A stretch of 64,000 nucleotides of DNA from NCBI GenBank assembly GCA_963779865.1, contig CAVZZX010000003.1:816957-880956 (forward strand). The letters are read 5' to 3'. The notes below the pieces were generated by a model. That model saw nothing but the letters and a program-made list of their open reading frames with translations. It was not told the origin of the DNA and ran no database searches. The translations under genes and the position numbers were made by a program. The stretch's first letter is position 1; each line of letters opens with the position of its first letter. The DNA comes from an uncultured Gammaproteobacteria bacterium (GTDB taxonomy: Bacteria; Pseudomonadota; Gammaproteobacteria; CAVZZX01). This document shows positions 1 to 9,275 of the stretch, piece by piece.

Positions 1-281
1 AGGACCTTGCAATAGACGGCCTCGGCGTCGAGCGCCCGCATTGCCGCATTCCAGTTCTCAAGCAGCGGCAGGAAGCGCTCGTTGTTCACCAGCCGAATAC
101 GCGAGTCGCGCTTCGCATACGCCCGGGCGATGTCTTCCGTGGCGTCCGTGCTGCAATTGTTGACCACGACATAGCGCCAATTCCGGTGGCGCTGGGACAA
201 GACGCTGTCGATGCACTCACCCAGGTGTGCGGCACCGTTGTATACCGGCGTGAGGATGCCAACGAGAGGCTCTTCACGCAT
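1..281 (-). CDS. Glycosyltransferase family 2, 5' part only (runs off window start)
   Basis: Manual translation from ATG at 281: MREEPLVGILTPVYNGAAHLGECIDSVLSQRHRNWRYVVVNNCSTDAT..., a typical GT2 N-terminus. Not in the ORF track because it is truncated. Confidence 0.85.
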   Translation of the reverse strand, partial: MREEPLVGILTPVYNGAAHLGECIDSVLSQRHRNWRYVVVNNCSTDATEDIARAYAKRDSRIRLVNNERFLPLLENWNAAMRALDAEAVYCKV

Positions 282-284
282 TCC

Positions 285-983
285 TCACCTCCCCCTCGCG
301 CGCCTGTGGCACGGTGGCGGCCGGTGGGCGCTCGCCGAGCACGCGCGCCGGCACGCCGCCGGCGATCGCCTGGGGGGGACCTCGCCGCCGACCACGGCGC
401 CGGCGGCGATCACCGCGCCCGTGCCGATGCTGGCGCCGTCGAGGATGATTGCACCCGCGCCAATCCAGGCCCCCTCGCCGATGCTGATGCCGCCGCGCGT
501 GGTGAGGGGAAGCCGGCGCATGTCCTCACCCGCGGCGAGGCCGTGGTTATAGGAGAAGAAGGCGCAGTTTGGCGCCACCTGTACGCCGCGCCCCAGGCGG
601 ATGGGGCCGACATACGCGGCAAAATGGCAGCGCGCCTGGATCGCGCAGTCCTCGCCCAGTTCGATACGCCCGCCCTGCCCGGTCTGCAGGATGCTCCCCC
701 GGTGCAGGTGGACGCGGGCCCCGAGCCGCACCTCGCCGTCGCCGGCATCCTCGAAGATCAGGACCTCGTCATCGATGAAGACGTGCTCGCTCCGCTGCAG
801 GTGCCGGTGCGCAAGCCGCGCCGATGCCGCGGTGTAGCCGCGCCGATGCAGGCGCGCCAGACGGTGGCGGGCATAATAGGGCCCCGAAAACGCCGCCGCT
901 GCGCGCGAGGCGGTACGCCCCCACAGGCCCGTGCCGCCCCAACGCAGCCACAGCCGCTCCCACTTTCTCTGCAGGGGCGTCAT
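285..983 (-). CDS. Hexapeptide-repeat O-acyltransferase; C-terminus frameshifted at a G7 run (repaired stop at 274)
   Basis: Left-handed beta-helix repeats (ISIGEGAWIGAGAIILDGASIGTGAVIAAGAVV). Likely start MTPLQRKW at 983, coupled to the upstream stop. Confidence 0.8.
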   Translation of the reverse strand: MTPLQRKWERLWLRWGGTGLWGRTASRAAAAFSGPYYARHRLARLHRRGYTAASARLAHRHLQRSEHVFIDDEVLIFEDAGDGEVRLGARVHLHRGSILQTGQGGRIELGEDCAIQARCHFAAYVGPIRLGRGVQVAPNCAFFSYNHGLAAGEDMRRLPLTTRGGISIGEGAWIGAGAIILDGASIGTGAVIAAGAVVGGEVPPRRSPAACRRACSASAHRPPPCHRRARGR

Positions 984-1402
984 GCCTGATCGATAGCGAC
1001 CAGCGCACACAGACGCGCTTCGGTCCGCGACAGCAGCCAACCGTTCACCATCGCCGTGTCCCCACGGGCGAAATCCCGCTGCACGCCCGCCTGCAGCGCC
1101 GCGCGCAAGGCGCCCGCCTCGCCCTGCCGAAGGTGCCGGGCAAGGCGGGGATGGGCCGCGATCACGGCCGTCACCAGCGCGCCGGTATCGGACTCGCCCC
1201 GATGCCGACGAAGGTAGGCCGTGCCGATGCGCCGCCGGCTCTCATGCGCCCCCAGCGCTGCGATCAGGCGGCGCGCCTGGATCGCGACGCTCGGGTGCTC
1301 GGTGTGCGCCACCACGGGCAGGGGCACGCCTACCGCGGCGGTGATCCATCCGGCCAGGCGCAGAAAACGCCTGCGGCTGAACTGCAGCAGCTCGGTTGTC
1401 AT
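980..1402 (-). CDS. Small Tat-signal protein, putative partner of the GMC oxidoreductase
   Basis: MTTELLQFSRRRFLRLAGW twin-arginine motif; C-terminal DFARGDTAMVNGWLLSRTEARLCAL; ATGA overlap with the GMC stop. Confidence 0.7.
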   Translation of the reverse strand: MTTELLQFSRRRFLRLAGWITAAVGVPLPVVAHTEHPSVAIQARRLIAALGAHESRRRIGTAYLRRHRGESDTGALVTAVIAAHPRLARHLRQGEAGALRAALQAGVQRDFARGDTAMVNGWLLSRTEARLCALVAIDQA

Positions 1403-3021
1403 ACGGGGGTCCTCTTGATGTGGTCCGCGAGGCGCACCGCCAAGGCCACCAGATTCATGGTCGGGTTGGCCTGTCCGGAGATGGGAAACACGGAACTGCC
1501 CGCCACGAACAGATTGTCGACGCCGTGCACCCGACAGTTGCGATCGACCACGCCGGTCTTGGGGTCGTCGCTCATGCGCGTGGTCCCCATGTGGTGATGG
1601 CTGCCGTGCACATCGAACGGCCAGCCGTCCTGCTCCTCCTGCAGTTCCATTTTCAAGCGCCCCAGACCCGCGCTGCCCAACTGGTTGCCGACCATTTCGT
1701 GCATCCGAAACAGGTTTTGCTTGTCGCGTTCGCTCAGCCGCCACGCGAGGCGCACGCGCGGCTTTCCGAAGCGATCTTTCTGTTCGGACAGGGACACGCG
1801 ACTGTCGGGGTTCGGGACGGCTTCCCCCCAATAGATCAATCGGAACAACTGCCGGTCCCGCACGTCGTTGTAGGCCGCGTTGGCCACCCCGCTGAAATCG
1901 GCGACGATTTGCTCGACGTCCTTCACGAAGTGGTCCGGATAGTGGAGGTGCGCGGCGCTGTCGTATAAATCCTTCGCCGATCTGCTGCCGGGCGAACTGT
2001 CCGCCCACGTCATGTGCTCGAGAAGCATGCCGCAGTTGAGCATGCGATTGCTCTGTCGCGCCTCCTCGGAAAGCGTGAGAAACCCCTGGATGGGCACCCC
2101 GCGCACCGGATGACGGCGATACAGCGAGGCGTTGACCGAGGGGTTTAGTAACACGCGACCGGTTTCCATGATCGGGTGTTCGAGAAAGTAGCGTCCGACC
2201 AGGTCGTAGCGGTTGCCGATGCCCTGCTGCTGCACCGAGTTCGACAGCAGCAGCATCCGGGGATTCTCGATGCCGCCCGTGGCGAGGATGTAGCGCTTGG
2301 CATGCACCTCGAAGCGGTTTCCCTTGAGAGTCGAGACGAGCAGCCGGCGCACGCTGTCGCCGGCGCGGCGCAGCCCGATATCGAGCACGTTGGCGTGCAA
2401 GAAGACCTTCACGTCAGGGGCCTTCTCGAGCGCCGCCCGGTACTGCTGGCCGAAGCGGGTCGGCGTGCTGTTCTGGTAGACGCCCGAGACGACCGGCCCC
2501 TCGCCCCCCGGCAGCGCCGGCGCTGCGCCATCACCGGCGGCGGCAAGCCGGTACCCCCTGTCCTGCGCGTTCCCGAAGGCCAGCGGCGGGGTGTCGTCCC
2601 CGGCCCAATACGCCAAGTCGTAACGCGGCGGCCCCAGCTGGCAGAGCTCATGGGCACGCGCGTAATAGGGCATCAGGTCTTCGCGGCTGATGGGCCAGCC
2701 GCTGTGCGGAATCCAGTCGCGTTTTTCGAAGTCGCTCTTGTCGAGCATCCGCGAGAAGCCGCCCCAGTGGTTCGTCGTGCCGCCCAGAAAGCGCAACCGC
2801 GTGACGGTCAGCGGGTAATAGGGTCGCCCGGCATTCTCGCCCTGATACAGCTGCTGGGTATCCAACTCATAATTGAATCCGCCCGACTCCAAAACACAGA
2901 CGTTGGTCCCGGTGCCGGCGAGCTCGAGGGCGATGGAAATTCCGGCGGCGCCGGCGCCGATGATGCAGACGTCGGACTCGACGGTCGTGTCCTGATCCAG
3001 ACTGCGTGCGTCGATAAACAT
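1399..3021 (-). CDS. GMC family flavin oxidoreductase
   Basis: DVCIIGAGAAG FAD motif, GGTTNHWGG, HHMGTTRM, GVVDRNCRVHGVDNLFVAGSSVFP, ANPT. Confidence 0.9.
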   Translation of the reverse strand: MFIDARSLDQDTTVESDVCIIGAGAAGISIALELAGTGTNVCVLESGGFNYELDTQQLYQGENAGRPYYPLTVTRLRFLGGTTNHWGGFSRMLDKSDFEKRDWIPHSGWPISREDLMPYYARAHELCQLGPPRYDLAYWAGDDTPPLAFGNAQDRGYRLAAAGDGAAPALPGGEGPVVSGVYQNSTPTRFGQQYRAALEKAPDVKVFLHANVLDIGLRRAGDSVRRLLVSTLKGNRFEVHAKRYILATGGIENPRMLLLSNSVQQQGIGNRYDLVGRYFLEHPIMETGRVLLNPSVNASLYRRHPVRGVPIQGFLTLSEEARQSNRMLNCGMLLEHMTWADSSPGSRSAKDLYDSAAHLHYPDHFVKDVEQIVADFSGVANAAYNDVRDRQLFRLIYWGEAVPNPDSRVSLSEQKDRFGKPRVRLAWRLSERDKQNLFRMHEMVGNQLGSAGLGRLKMELQEEQDGWPFDVHGSHHHMGTTRMSDDPKTGVVDRNCRVHGVDNLFVAGSSVFPISGQANPTMNLVALAVRLADHIKRTPV

Positions 3022-3036
3022 CGATTCCCCTTTTTT

Positions 3037-3900
3037 CTATAGACCGAACACGCGGTACTTCAGCGACCCCCTGAGGCGCCCCAGCGCCCAGTTCAGGTCC
3101 CAGAGCCAGCGTGCTCGCGCGGCTCCATGCCACTCCCGCGGCAGGCGCCGCACGAGTGAGAGCCAGTTCTTGACTCCGCGCCGCACGGGGATGCGCGGCA
3201 TCCCAAGCGGGCGATACTTCTTGTAGAGCTTCACGTTGTACTCCCCCCACTCCCGAGCCTGCCGATACGCGCCGCTCGGGTCATTGCGAAAACGCATGTG
3301 CACGAGCGCGTCAGGCACAAACTGCAACTCGGCGCCTTGGAGTTGAACGCGCCAGCAGTAATCGGTGTCCTGAAGTTTATAGAAGTCTTCATCAAAGCCG
3401 CCGACGGTTTCGTGCAATTCGCGCTTGACGCCGAGGCCGCACGAGGCCGCGTGCGGCAGAAAGGGAGGATAGCGGTACGCCTGAACATCCTCCTGCTGCG
3501 GACATCCGCGCGTGCCCAGTGCCCAGGGTGCGCTGAGCTTGTCTGCATCGATGCGACTGGCGACGAAATCGTGCCGTTCCAGGGCGCGCCCCATGGCCTG
3601 AAGCCACCCCGGGGCGACTTCGTCATCGGCGTCGCAGAACAGCAGAGCGTCCCCGCGCGCCTGCCGCGCCGCGACGTTGCGCGCGTGACCGGCCCCGCTA
3701 CGCGCGGAGGCGTCGATGACCCTCAGATCCGGAAGGCGGTTACGAAACCCCAGCGCAACCGCGCGCGTCTGGTCGGTCGACCCGTTATCGGAAACCAGCA
3801 CCTCCCAGCCGCCGCCCCAGTGCTGTCCGGCAAGGGCACCGAGCTGACCGGAAATGGTATCGGCCGCATTATATGCAGGAATAATGACGCTGAGTCTCAT
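3037..3900 (-). CDS. Glycosyltransferase family 2
   Basis: MRLSVIIPAYNAA, DNGSTD, ARN, FCDADD, GGFDE motifs. Confidence 0.9.
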   Translation of the reverse strand: MRLSVIIPAYNAADTISGQLGALAGQHWGGGWEVLVSDNGSTDQTRAVALGFRNRLPDLRVIDASARSGAGHARNVAARQARGDALLFCDADDEVAPGWLQAMGRALERHDFVASRIDADKLSAPWALGTRGCPQQEDVQAYRYPPFLPHAASCGLGVKRELHETVGGFDEDFYKLQDTDYCWRVQLQGAELQFVPDALVHMRFRNDPSGAYRQAREWGEYNVKLYKKYRPLGMPRIPVRRGVKNWLSLVRRLPREWHGAARARWLWDLNWALGRLRGSLKYRVFGL

Positions 3901-4021
3901 CGTATTTTTCGCGTCCCGTGATACCCACCTCCGCCACAGCGGGTCGCCCATGGTCGCACGCGGGCGCAGTGGCCGCGCGTGCGCACCGGTACCTTGCGCG
4001 GCCTCCCTGGCCAATCTGCGC

Positions 4022-5371
4022 TCAGGCCTCCGCGGCCCGGCTCAACTCCTTCGCGTCGTACCGCGTCGTCCAGTTCAGCGCCGGGCGTAGCACCCCGCCC
4101 ATGTTCCCGCCCCAGTCGCCCCTCGCCGAATCCCCATCCAGCGTGTCCACGACCTGGAAGGCGACCGTGTCACGGACGAAAAACAGCGGCCGCACCGGCT
4201 CCAGCGTGCAGACACCGGCATGGACGAACACCCTGCCCTCCGCCAGGAAGTTGCCGGGGACCCAGACGGTACTCACATAGCGGCCGGCCGGGCGGCGGCG
4301 CCGGCGCCACTGGGGATCGAGGTCCACCGACTTGAACAGGTGCACGCCTTCATCGTTGTAGAACTGCACGTGCGGCAGCAGCATGTAGCCCGACTCCAGG
4401 ACCTCGAACTCCAGGTCCACGGCCAGCGGGCGTCGGATGTCGATCGCGTCGGTGGTCGCGCCCCCTTCGTCGCGCACCCGCACCGAACGAAGTCTCGCGA
4501 CCTCGTTGCCCGGCGGGTTTTCCGATGCGTACCAGTCGCGCATTGCCGAGGTGCCCTGTTCACCGCTCATGTAGCTGGCGACCACCTCATGGCTCGGGCC
4601 GTCGTGTGTGATCACGCCCCCGTCCAGAAGCAAGGCACGCGGACACAGCCGCGTGACGGCGGACATGTTGTGGGAGACGAACAGCACCGTGTGGCCCTGA
4701 TGACTCACGTCCTCCATCTTGTTGAGGCACTTCTTCTGGAAGGCGGCGTCGCCGACCGCCAGCACCTCGTCGATGATGAGGATCTCCGGCTCCAGGTGCG
4801 CCGCGACAGCGAAGGCCAAGCGCACACGCATGCCGCTGGAATACCGCTTCACCGGCGTGTCCAGGAACTTGGCGACGCCGGAGAACTCGACGATTTCGTC
4901 GAATTTACGGTCGACCTCGCGCTTGCGCATGCCGAGGATGGTGCCGTTGAGATAGATGTTCTCGCGCCCGCTCAGCTCCGGATGGAACCCGGTGCCCACC
5001 TCAAGCAGGCTGCTCACCCGCCCATGGATGTCTATCCGCCCACCGGTGGGCGGCGTGATGCGCGAGAGGATCTTCAGCAAGGTCGACTTTCCCGCGCCGT
5101 TGACCCCGATGATCCCGACCACCTCCCCCCGGGACACGTGGAAGTGCACGTCGCGCAGGGCCCAGAGCACGTCGTCGGCTTCGCGGCCATGCTTCGCGTC
5201 GCGGAAGTCGTACAGAGACCGGTATCGCCGGAAGTTGGCGAGCGGGCTCTTGAGCGCATCGACGATCACGCCTCCGAAGGTGTCGCGCCGCTGCTCCTTG
5301 GCGCCGATCCGGTAGCGCTTGCTGACATGCTCTACGTTGACTGCGGTTTCGGTGCCCGCGCTCTCGCTCAT
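4022..5371 (-). CDS. wzt: Polysaccharide ABC exporter ATPase (Wzt) with C-terminal carbohydrate-binding domain
   Basis: Walker A GVNGAGKS, signature YSSGM, ILIIDEVLAVGD, LFVSH. Start MSESAGTE at 5371. Confidence 0.9.
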   Translation of the reverse strand: MSESAGTETAVNVEHVSKRYRIGAKEQRRDTFGGVIVDALKSPLANFRRYRSLYDFRDAKHGREADDVLWALRDVHFHVSRGEVVGIIGVNGAGKSTLLKILSRITPPTGGRIDIHGRVSSLLEVGTGFHPELSGRENIYLNGTILGMRKREVDRKFDEIVEFSGVAKFLDTPVKRYSSGMRVRLAFAVAAHLEPEILIIDEVLAVGDAAFQKKCLNKMEDVSHQGHTVLFVSHNMSAVTRLCPRALLLDGGVITHDGPSHEVVASYMSGEQGTSAMRDWYASENPPGNEVARLRSVRVRDEGGATTDAIDIRRPLAVDLEFEVLESGYMLLPHVQFYNDEGVHLFKSVDLDPQWRRRRRPAGRYVSTVWVPGNFLAEGRVFVHAGVCTLEPVRPLFFVRDTVAFQVVDTLDGDSARGDWGGNMGGVLRPALNWTTRYDAKELSRAAEA

Positions 5372-5394
5372 TCTCAGTTCCTTGTGTATACGTC

Positions 5395-6249
5395 TCAGAT
5401 CACGTCCGCGAACACGTGCTCCATCTTCTTGAAGTATAGGGCGCCCGTAACGAATAGCAGCGTGGAGGTCAGCAACCCGGGCAGCACGAACTCCCACGGC
5501 ACGGGCAGCCCCAGCAGCGACGCGCGGTAGCCTTCGATGACCCCGACGATCGGGTTCAGGGAGTAGGCCAAGCGATACCCCGGCGGAATGGAGCTCGCGG
5601 TGTAGAGAATCGGGGCGGTGTAGATGAGCATCCGGATCAGGTACTGCATGGCGAACTTGACGTCGCGAAAGCGAATCGCCAGGGCGGACAGCCACATCCC
5701 GAGCCCCGCGGGCACCGCGAGCATCATCACGAAGAACACCGGCAGATACAGAAGGCTCCACGACGGGCTGACGTCGTAATACAACATCACTCCGGCGACG
5801 ATGATCAGCGACACCACGAAGTCCACCAGTTTGGAGAACACCGGCGTGAGAGGAAATATGATGCGCGGAAAGTACACCTTCCCGAGCATGTTCTGCCCTG
5901 ACACCAGGCTCTGGCTGGACATGTTCATCGCATCGGACATGTACGTCCACGGGACGATCGCCACCGCCGAGAACAGGATATACGGAATGCCGTCGGTCTG
6001 GATCTTCGCCACGTGGCCGAAGATCACCGTGAACACGAGGATCTGGATCAGCGGATTGAGAATCGCCCACGCGAAGCCGAGCACCGTCTGGGCATAGAGC
6101 ACTTTGACATTGCGCCAGACGAGAAAGTAGAAGAGGTCGCGGTAGGCCTTGATCTCCTGAAAGTCGGTCCGCCTCCAGCCGCCGCGGCCTCCCTCGATGT
6201 GGACGACAGGGAGGTCCCCGCCGCCGTCCGCTGCGTTTGCCACGTTCAT
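5395..6249 (-). CDS. wzm: Polysaccharide ABC exporter permease (Wzm)
   Basis: KVLYAQTVLGFAWAILNP, KVYFPR, RFRDV, LNP and C-terminal FADVI. Confidence 0.9.
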   Translation of the reverse strand: MNVANAADGGGDLPVVHIEGGRGGWRRTDFQEIKAYRDLFYFLVWRNVKVLYAQTVLGFAWAILNPLIQILVFTVIFGHVAKIQTDGIPYILFSAVAIVPWTYMSDAMNMSSQSLVSGQNMLGKVYFPRIIFPLTPVFSKLVDFVVSLIIVAGVMLYYDVSPSWSLLYLPVFFVMMLAVPAGLGMWLSALAIRFRDVKFAMQYLIRMLIYTAPILYTASSIPPGYRLAYSLNPIVGVIEGYRASLLGLPVPWEFVLPGLLTSTLLFVTGALYFKKMEHVFADVI

Positions 6250-7562
6250 ACGGCCGCCCTCTTCATGCCGGGGAAGAAGTGCTCGGACTGTTCACTGCGC
6301 AGCCGGTCGCTGAGTCGTCCGGCCGGCAGCTCGACGTCGGCGTAGCGCAGCACCGTGTCCTTCTTGATATCGCGCCGAAGCACGCAGCCCTCGGCCAAGC
6401 CGATGGGCAACAGGCCCTCGGCAACGGCCGTATCGGCGTTCTCCGCGAGCCCATAGCTCATGTAATGTCCCATCCCGTCCAGGACCTGCCCCCTGCGGAG
6501 ATCGGTCTTCGCCGTGGCCACGACGTCCACCATCGGCGGCCCCAGGGGCGCGATGGTGGCGTCGGCGAACAACGCCGCGCGCGCGATCGAGTTGGGCACT
6601 TCGAAGTGGCACAGGTGATAAGGACGGTAGAAACAGTACAGCGGTCCTTCACCCAGCTTGTAGAGATTCAGGTAATGGCGCTGCACCGGGTCCTCGTGGA
6701 TACCCAGCACGAACACGCCCGGTCCGGGATCGGCGCCGGTCACGTAATCGACGATTCCCTCCCCCTGGACGAGGTCTTCCATCGGGTACCAGTCCACCGC
6801 CTGCGCGATGGGCGTGCCCGAGGGCACGGTGGGGCCATGCATGCCGCGCTTGGCGACCCGCATGCCCGTCGCATTCGCCACGATGGCCTGCTCGAATGAG
6901 ATCTTGGTGCCGTCTGCGAACGAAGTGACCATGTGCGCCTTCTGCCCCCACTTGCGCGCGAACGACTCCTGCGTGGTGGGGTTCCGATAGGGGTCGTGCA
7001 AACCCTTGATGTTCCCGCACAGCACCGGCCGTACGCCGATGCCCTTCACGAAGCGGTACAGGTTCATGATCACGCCCGGCTGATCGCCGTCGGCGTTGGT
7101 CAGGACCACCCCAGCGGCATCGGCGCGTTGCTTGAGGATGGGGCCGAGTGTCCCATCGAGTTCGGCGTTCATCATCACGACGTGCTTGCCATGCTCGATG
7201 GCGGTCAACACACCGGCCAGGGCATACTCGATGCTGCCGGTGACCTCCACCACCACGTCGATGCCGTCGGCGGCGGCGAGCAGCGTGGGGTCCTCCGTGA
7301 CCACCCGCTTGCCGGCGGCCAGCGCACGAGACAGTTCCCCCGCGCCCTCCGGGCGGGCGATGTCGCTCTGCCCAGCCTGCTCGAAAGCCTTCACCGCGCC
7401 ATCCAGGTGACGATTGGCGATACCGACCAACTCCATGCCTTCCACGGCGCTGGCGATCTGCAGGGCGATCCCTCGACCCATGAATCCGGCGCCGAGCATC
7501 GCCACGCGCACCGGCCGGCCTTCGGCGGCGCGTTGTTGGAGCACCTTGTCGACGATCACCAT
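6246..7562 (-). CDS. NAD(P)-dependent oxidoreductase with C-terminal SAF domain (COG4091-like)
   Basis: GAGFMG Rossmann motif, MNAELDGT, DGDQPG, SFADGTK, RPYHLC, LDGMG...LPIGL. Confidence 0.85.
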   Translation of the reverse strand: MVIVDKVLQQRAAEGRPVRVAMLGAGFMGRGIALQIASAVEGMELVGIANRHLDGAVKAFEQAGQSDIARPEGAGELSRALAAGKRVVTEDPTLLAAADGIDVVVEVTGSIEYALAGVLTAIEHGKHVVMMNAELDGTLGPILKQRADAAGVVLTNADGDQPGVIMNLYRFVKGIGVRPVLCGNIKGLHDPYRNPTTQESFARKWGQKAHMVTSFADGTKISFEQAIVANATGMRVAKRGMHGPTVPSGTPIAQAVDWYPMEDLVQGEGIVDYVTGADPGPGVFVLGIHEDPVQRHYLNLYKLGEGPLYCFYRPYHLCHFEVPNSIARAALFADATIAPLGPPMVDVVATAKTDLRRGQVLDGMGHYMSYGLAENADTAVAEGLLPIGLAEGCVLRRDIKKDTVLRYADVELPAGRLSDRLRSEQSEHFFPGMKRAAV

Positions 7563-7566
7563 TGCA

Positions 7567-8124
7567 TCAGCCTCCCTGCGCCGCGCGCCGGGCGCCGTCG
7601 CCAAACGGCGCCCAGGCGGCATCCTTGTCCGAGATCACGCTCACCTCCAGGGGCCACGCGATGCCGAACGCCGGGTCGTCGTAGCGTGCCCCGCCTTCGG
7701 ACTCGGGCGTATAGAAGGCCGAGACCTGGTACAGCACCTCGCTGTCGTCTTCGAGCGTCTGGAACCCGTGCGCGCAACCTTCCGGCACGAAGAGCATGTT
7801 GCGCCGCTCCGGCGTCAACTCCACGCCCACCCACTGCCGAAAGGTCGGCGAGTCGGCCCGCAGGTCCACCGCCACGTCGAAGATCGCACCCCCGATACAG
7901 CGGATAAGCTTTGCCTCCGCATGCGGCTCCCGCTGGTAGTGCAGCCCTCTCACCGTGCCCTTGTAACGGCTCAAGGAGACGTTCGTTTGCACAATCCGCG
8001 AGGTAAGGCCATGCTCCTCGAATTCACGCTGGCACCACATGCGGGCAAAGAACCCACGGTCATCACCCTTGCGATCGAGTTCGATCTCGACCACACCCGG
8101 AATCGCTGTTTCGTTGAAAATCAT
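7567..8124 (-). CDS. rfbC: NDP-4-keto-sugar 3,5-epimerase (RfbC/RmlC cupin)
   Basis: DDRGFF, RGLHYQ, KLIRC, DVAVDLR, PEGCAHGFQTL. Confidence 0.9.
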   Translation of the reverse strand: MIFNETAIPGVVEIELDRKGDDRGFFARMWCQREFEEHGLTSRIVQTNVSLSRYKGTVRGLHYQREPHAEAKLIRCIGGAIFDVAVDLRADSPTFRQWVGVELTPERRNMLFVPEGCAHGFQTLEDDSEVLYQVSAFYTPESEGGARYDDPAFGIAWPLEVSVISDKDAAWAPFGDGARRAAQGG

Positions 8125-8143
8125 TTTGTTCAATCTCTCCCGG

Positions 8144-9232
8144 TCACGCGCTTTTCACCAGCGGCGCCTGCACCGCGGCGTCTTCGCGGCTGCGCCAGCG
8201 CAATTCACTGTCAAGGTGCCCCGCATCGCGCAGCGCACCCAGCACCCGCAACCGCATCAGGTCGCTCTCGCGGAAACCGGCGTCCGCAAACCCCATGCGG
8301 CGCAGCCCCTCGTAGAGCCCGGCGATGGAGTCCTCGATGCTGTACTGCGGCAGGTGATTCGGCGCCAAGCTCGCGTAGAGCGAAAAATCCACACGGTACG
8401 ACCGCTTGTCGGGCGCCGCATCGGTATTCACGTCGACCTCGACGCCGGGAATGTGGCGAGCGACCGCTTGCGCCAGGTCGCGGATCTGAAAGTTCCATTC
8501 GTTGCGGCCCACGTTGACGGCCAGGAACGCCCCGCCATGCCCGGCCTCGCGCTCGATCCCCCACAGCATTGAGCGGGCCATGTCGTTGATATTGATGAGC
8601 GGGCGCCACGGCGTGCCGTCGCTGAGAATCTGAATGCGCCCGGTGGCCACCGCGGCGGCGACGAAGTCGTTCAGAACCAGATCCAGCCGCAGACGCTCGC
8701 TCATGCCGCAGGCGGTCGGGAAACGCAGGCTCGTGATCACGAAATCATCGCCAGCCAACGGCGCGATGTCCTGTTCGGTGTTGATCTTGGAGCGTGCGTA
8801 GGCCGTGAGGGGGTTCAAATCGGCTTGCTCGCTGCGTGCCCCGCCCTCGGCGTAGCCATAGACGCTACAACTCGAGGCGAAGACAAAGGCCGAGGCGCCG
8901 GCCGCTTTCGCGAGGCGGGCGAGCCGCACACTCGCTCGGTAGTTCACCTCTTCGGTCACCGCCTCATACGCCTTGCCCATCGGGTCATTCGATACCGCCG
9001 CCAGATGAATCACCGCATCGACGCCTTCGAGCACCTCTTCGGAGATGTCGCGCACATCGCCGAACAGCTGTCGATCGAGCAGCCGTTCCGGGAGGAAGCT
9101 GACGCCGGTCAGACAGTGCGCCATGTACCCCGCGTCGAAGCCGACGAGCTCGGCCTGAGGATAGGCGGCACGCAGGCTGCGCACGACGCTGGGTCCGACA
9201 TAGCCCATATTTCCCGTAATCAGTATTCTCAT
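8144..9232 (-). CDS. NAD-dependent epimerase/dehydratase (extended SDR)
   Basis: ITGNMGYVG, HLAAVSNDP, ASSCSVYG, YARSK (YxxxK), SDGTPWRP. Confidence 0.9.
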   Translation of the reverse strand: MRILITGNMGYVGPSVVRSLRAAYPQAELVGFDAGYMAHCLTGVSFLPERLLDRQLFGDVRDISEEVLEGVDAVIHLAAVSNDPMGKAYEAVTEEVNYRASVRLARLAKAAGASAFVFASSCSVYGYAEGGARSEQADLNPLTAYARSKINTEQDIAPLAGDDFVITSLRFPTACGMSERLRLDLVLNDFVAAAVATGRIQILSDGTPWRPLININDMARSMLWGIEREAGHGGAFLAVNVGRNEWNFQIRDLAQAVARHIPGVEVDVNTDAAPDKRSYRVDFSLYASLAPNHLPQYSIEDSIAGLYEGLRRMGFADAGFRESDLMRLRVLGALRDAGHLDSELRWRSREDAAVQAPLVKSA

Positions 9233-9275
9233 CACCTAATCTCTTCCTTTCGTTATCCACGTGGCGACGGCCGGT

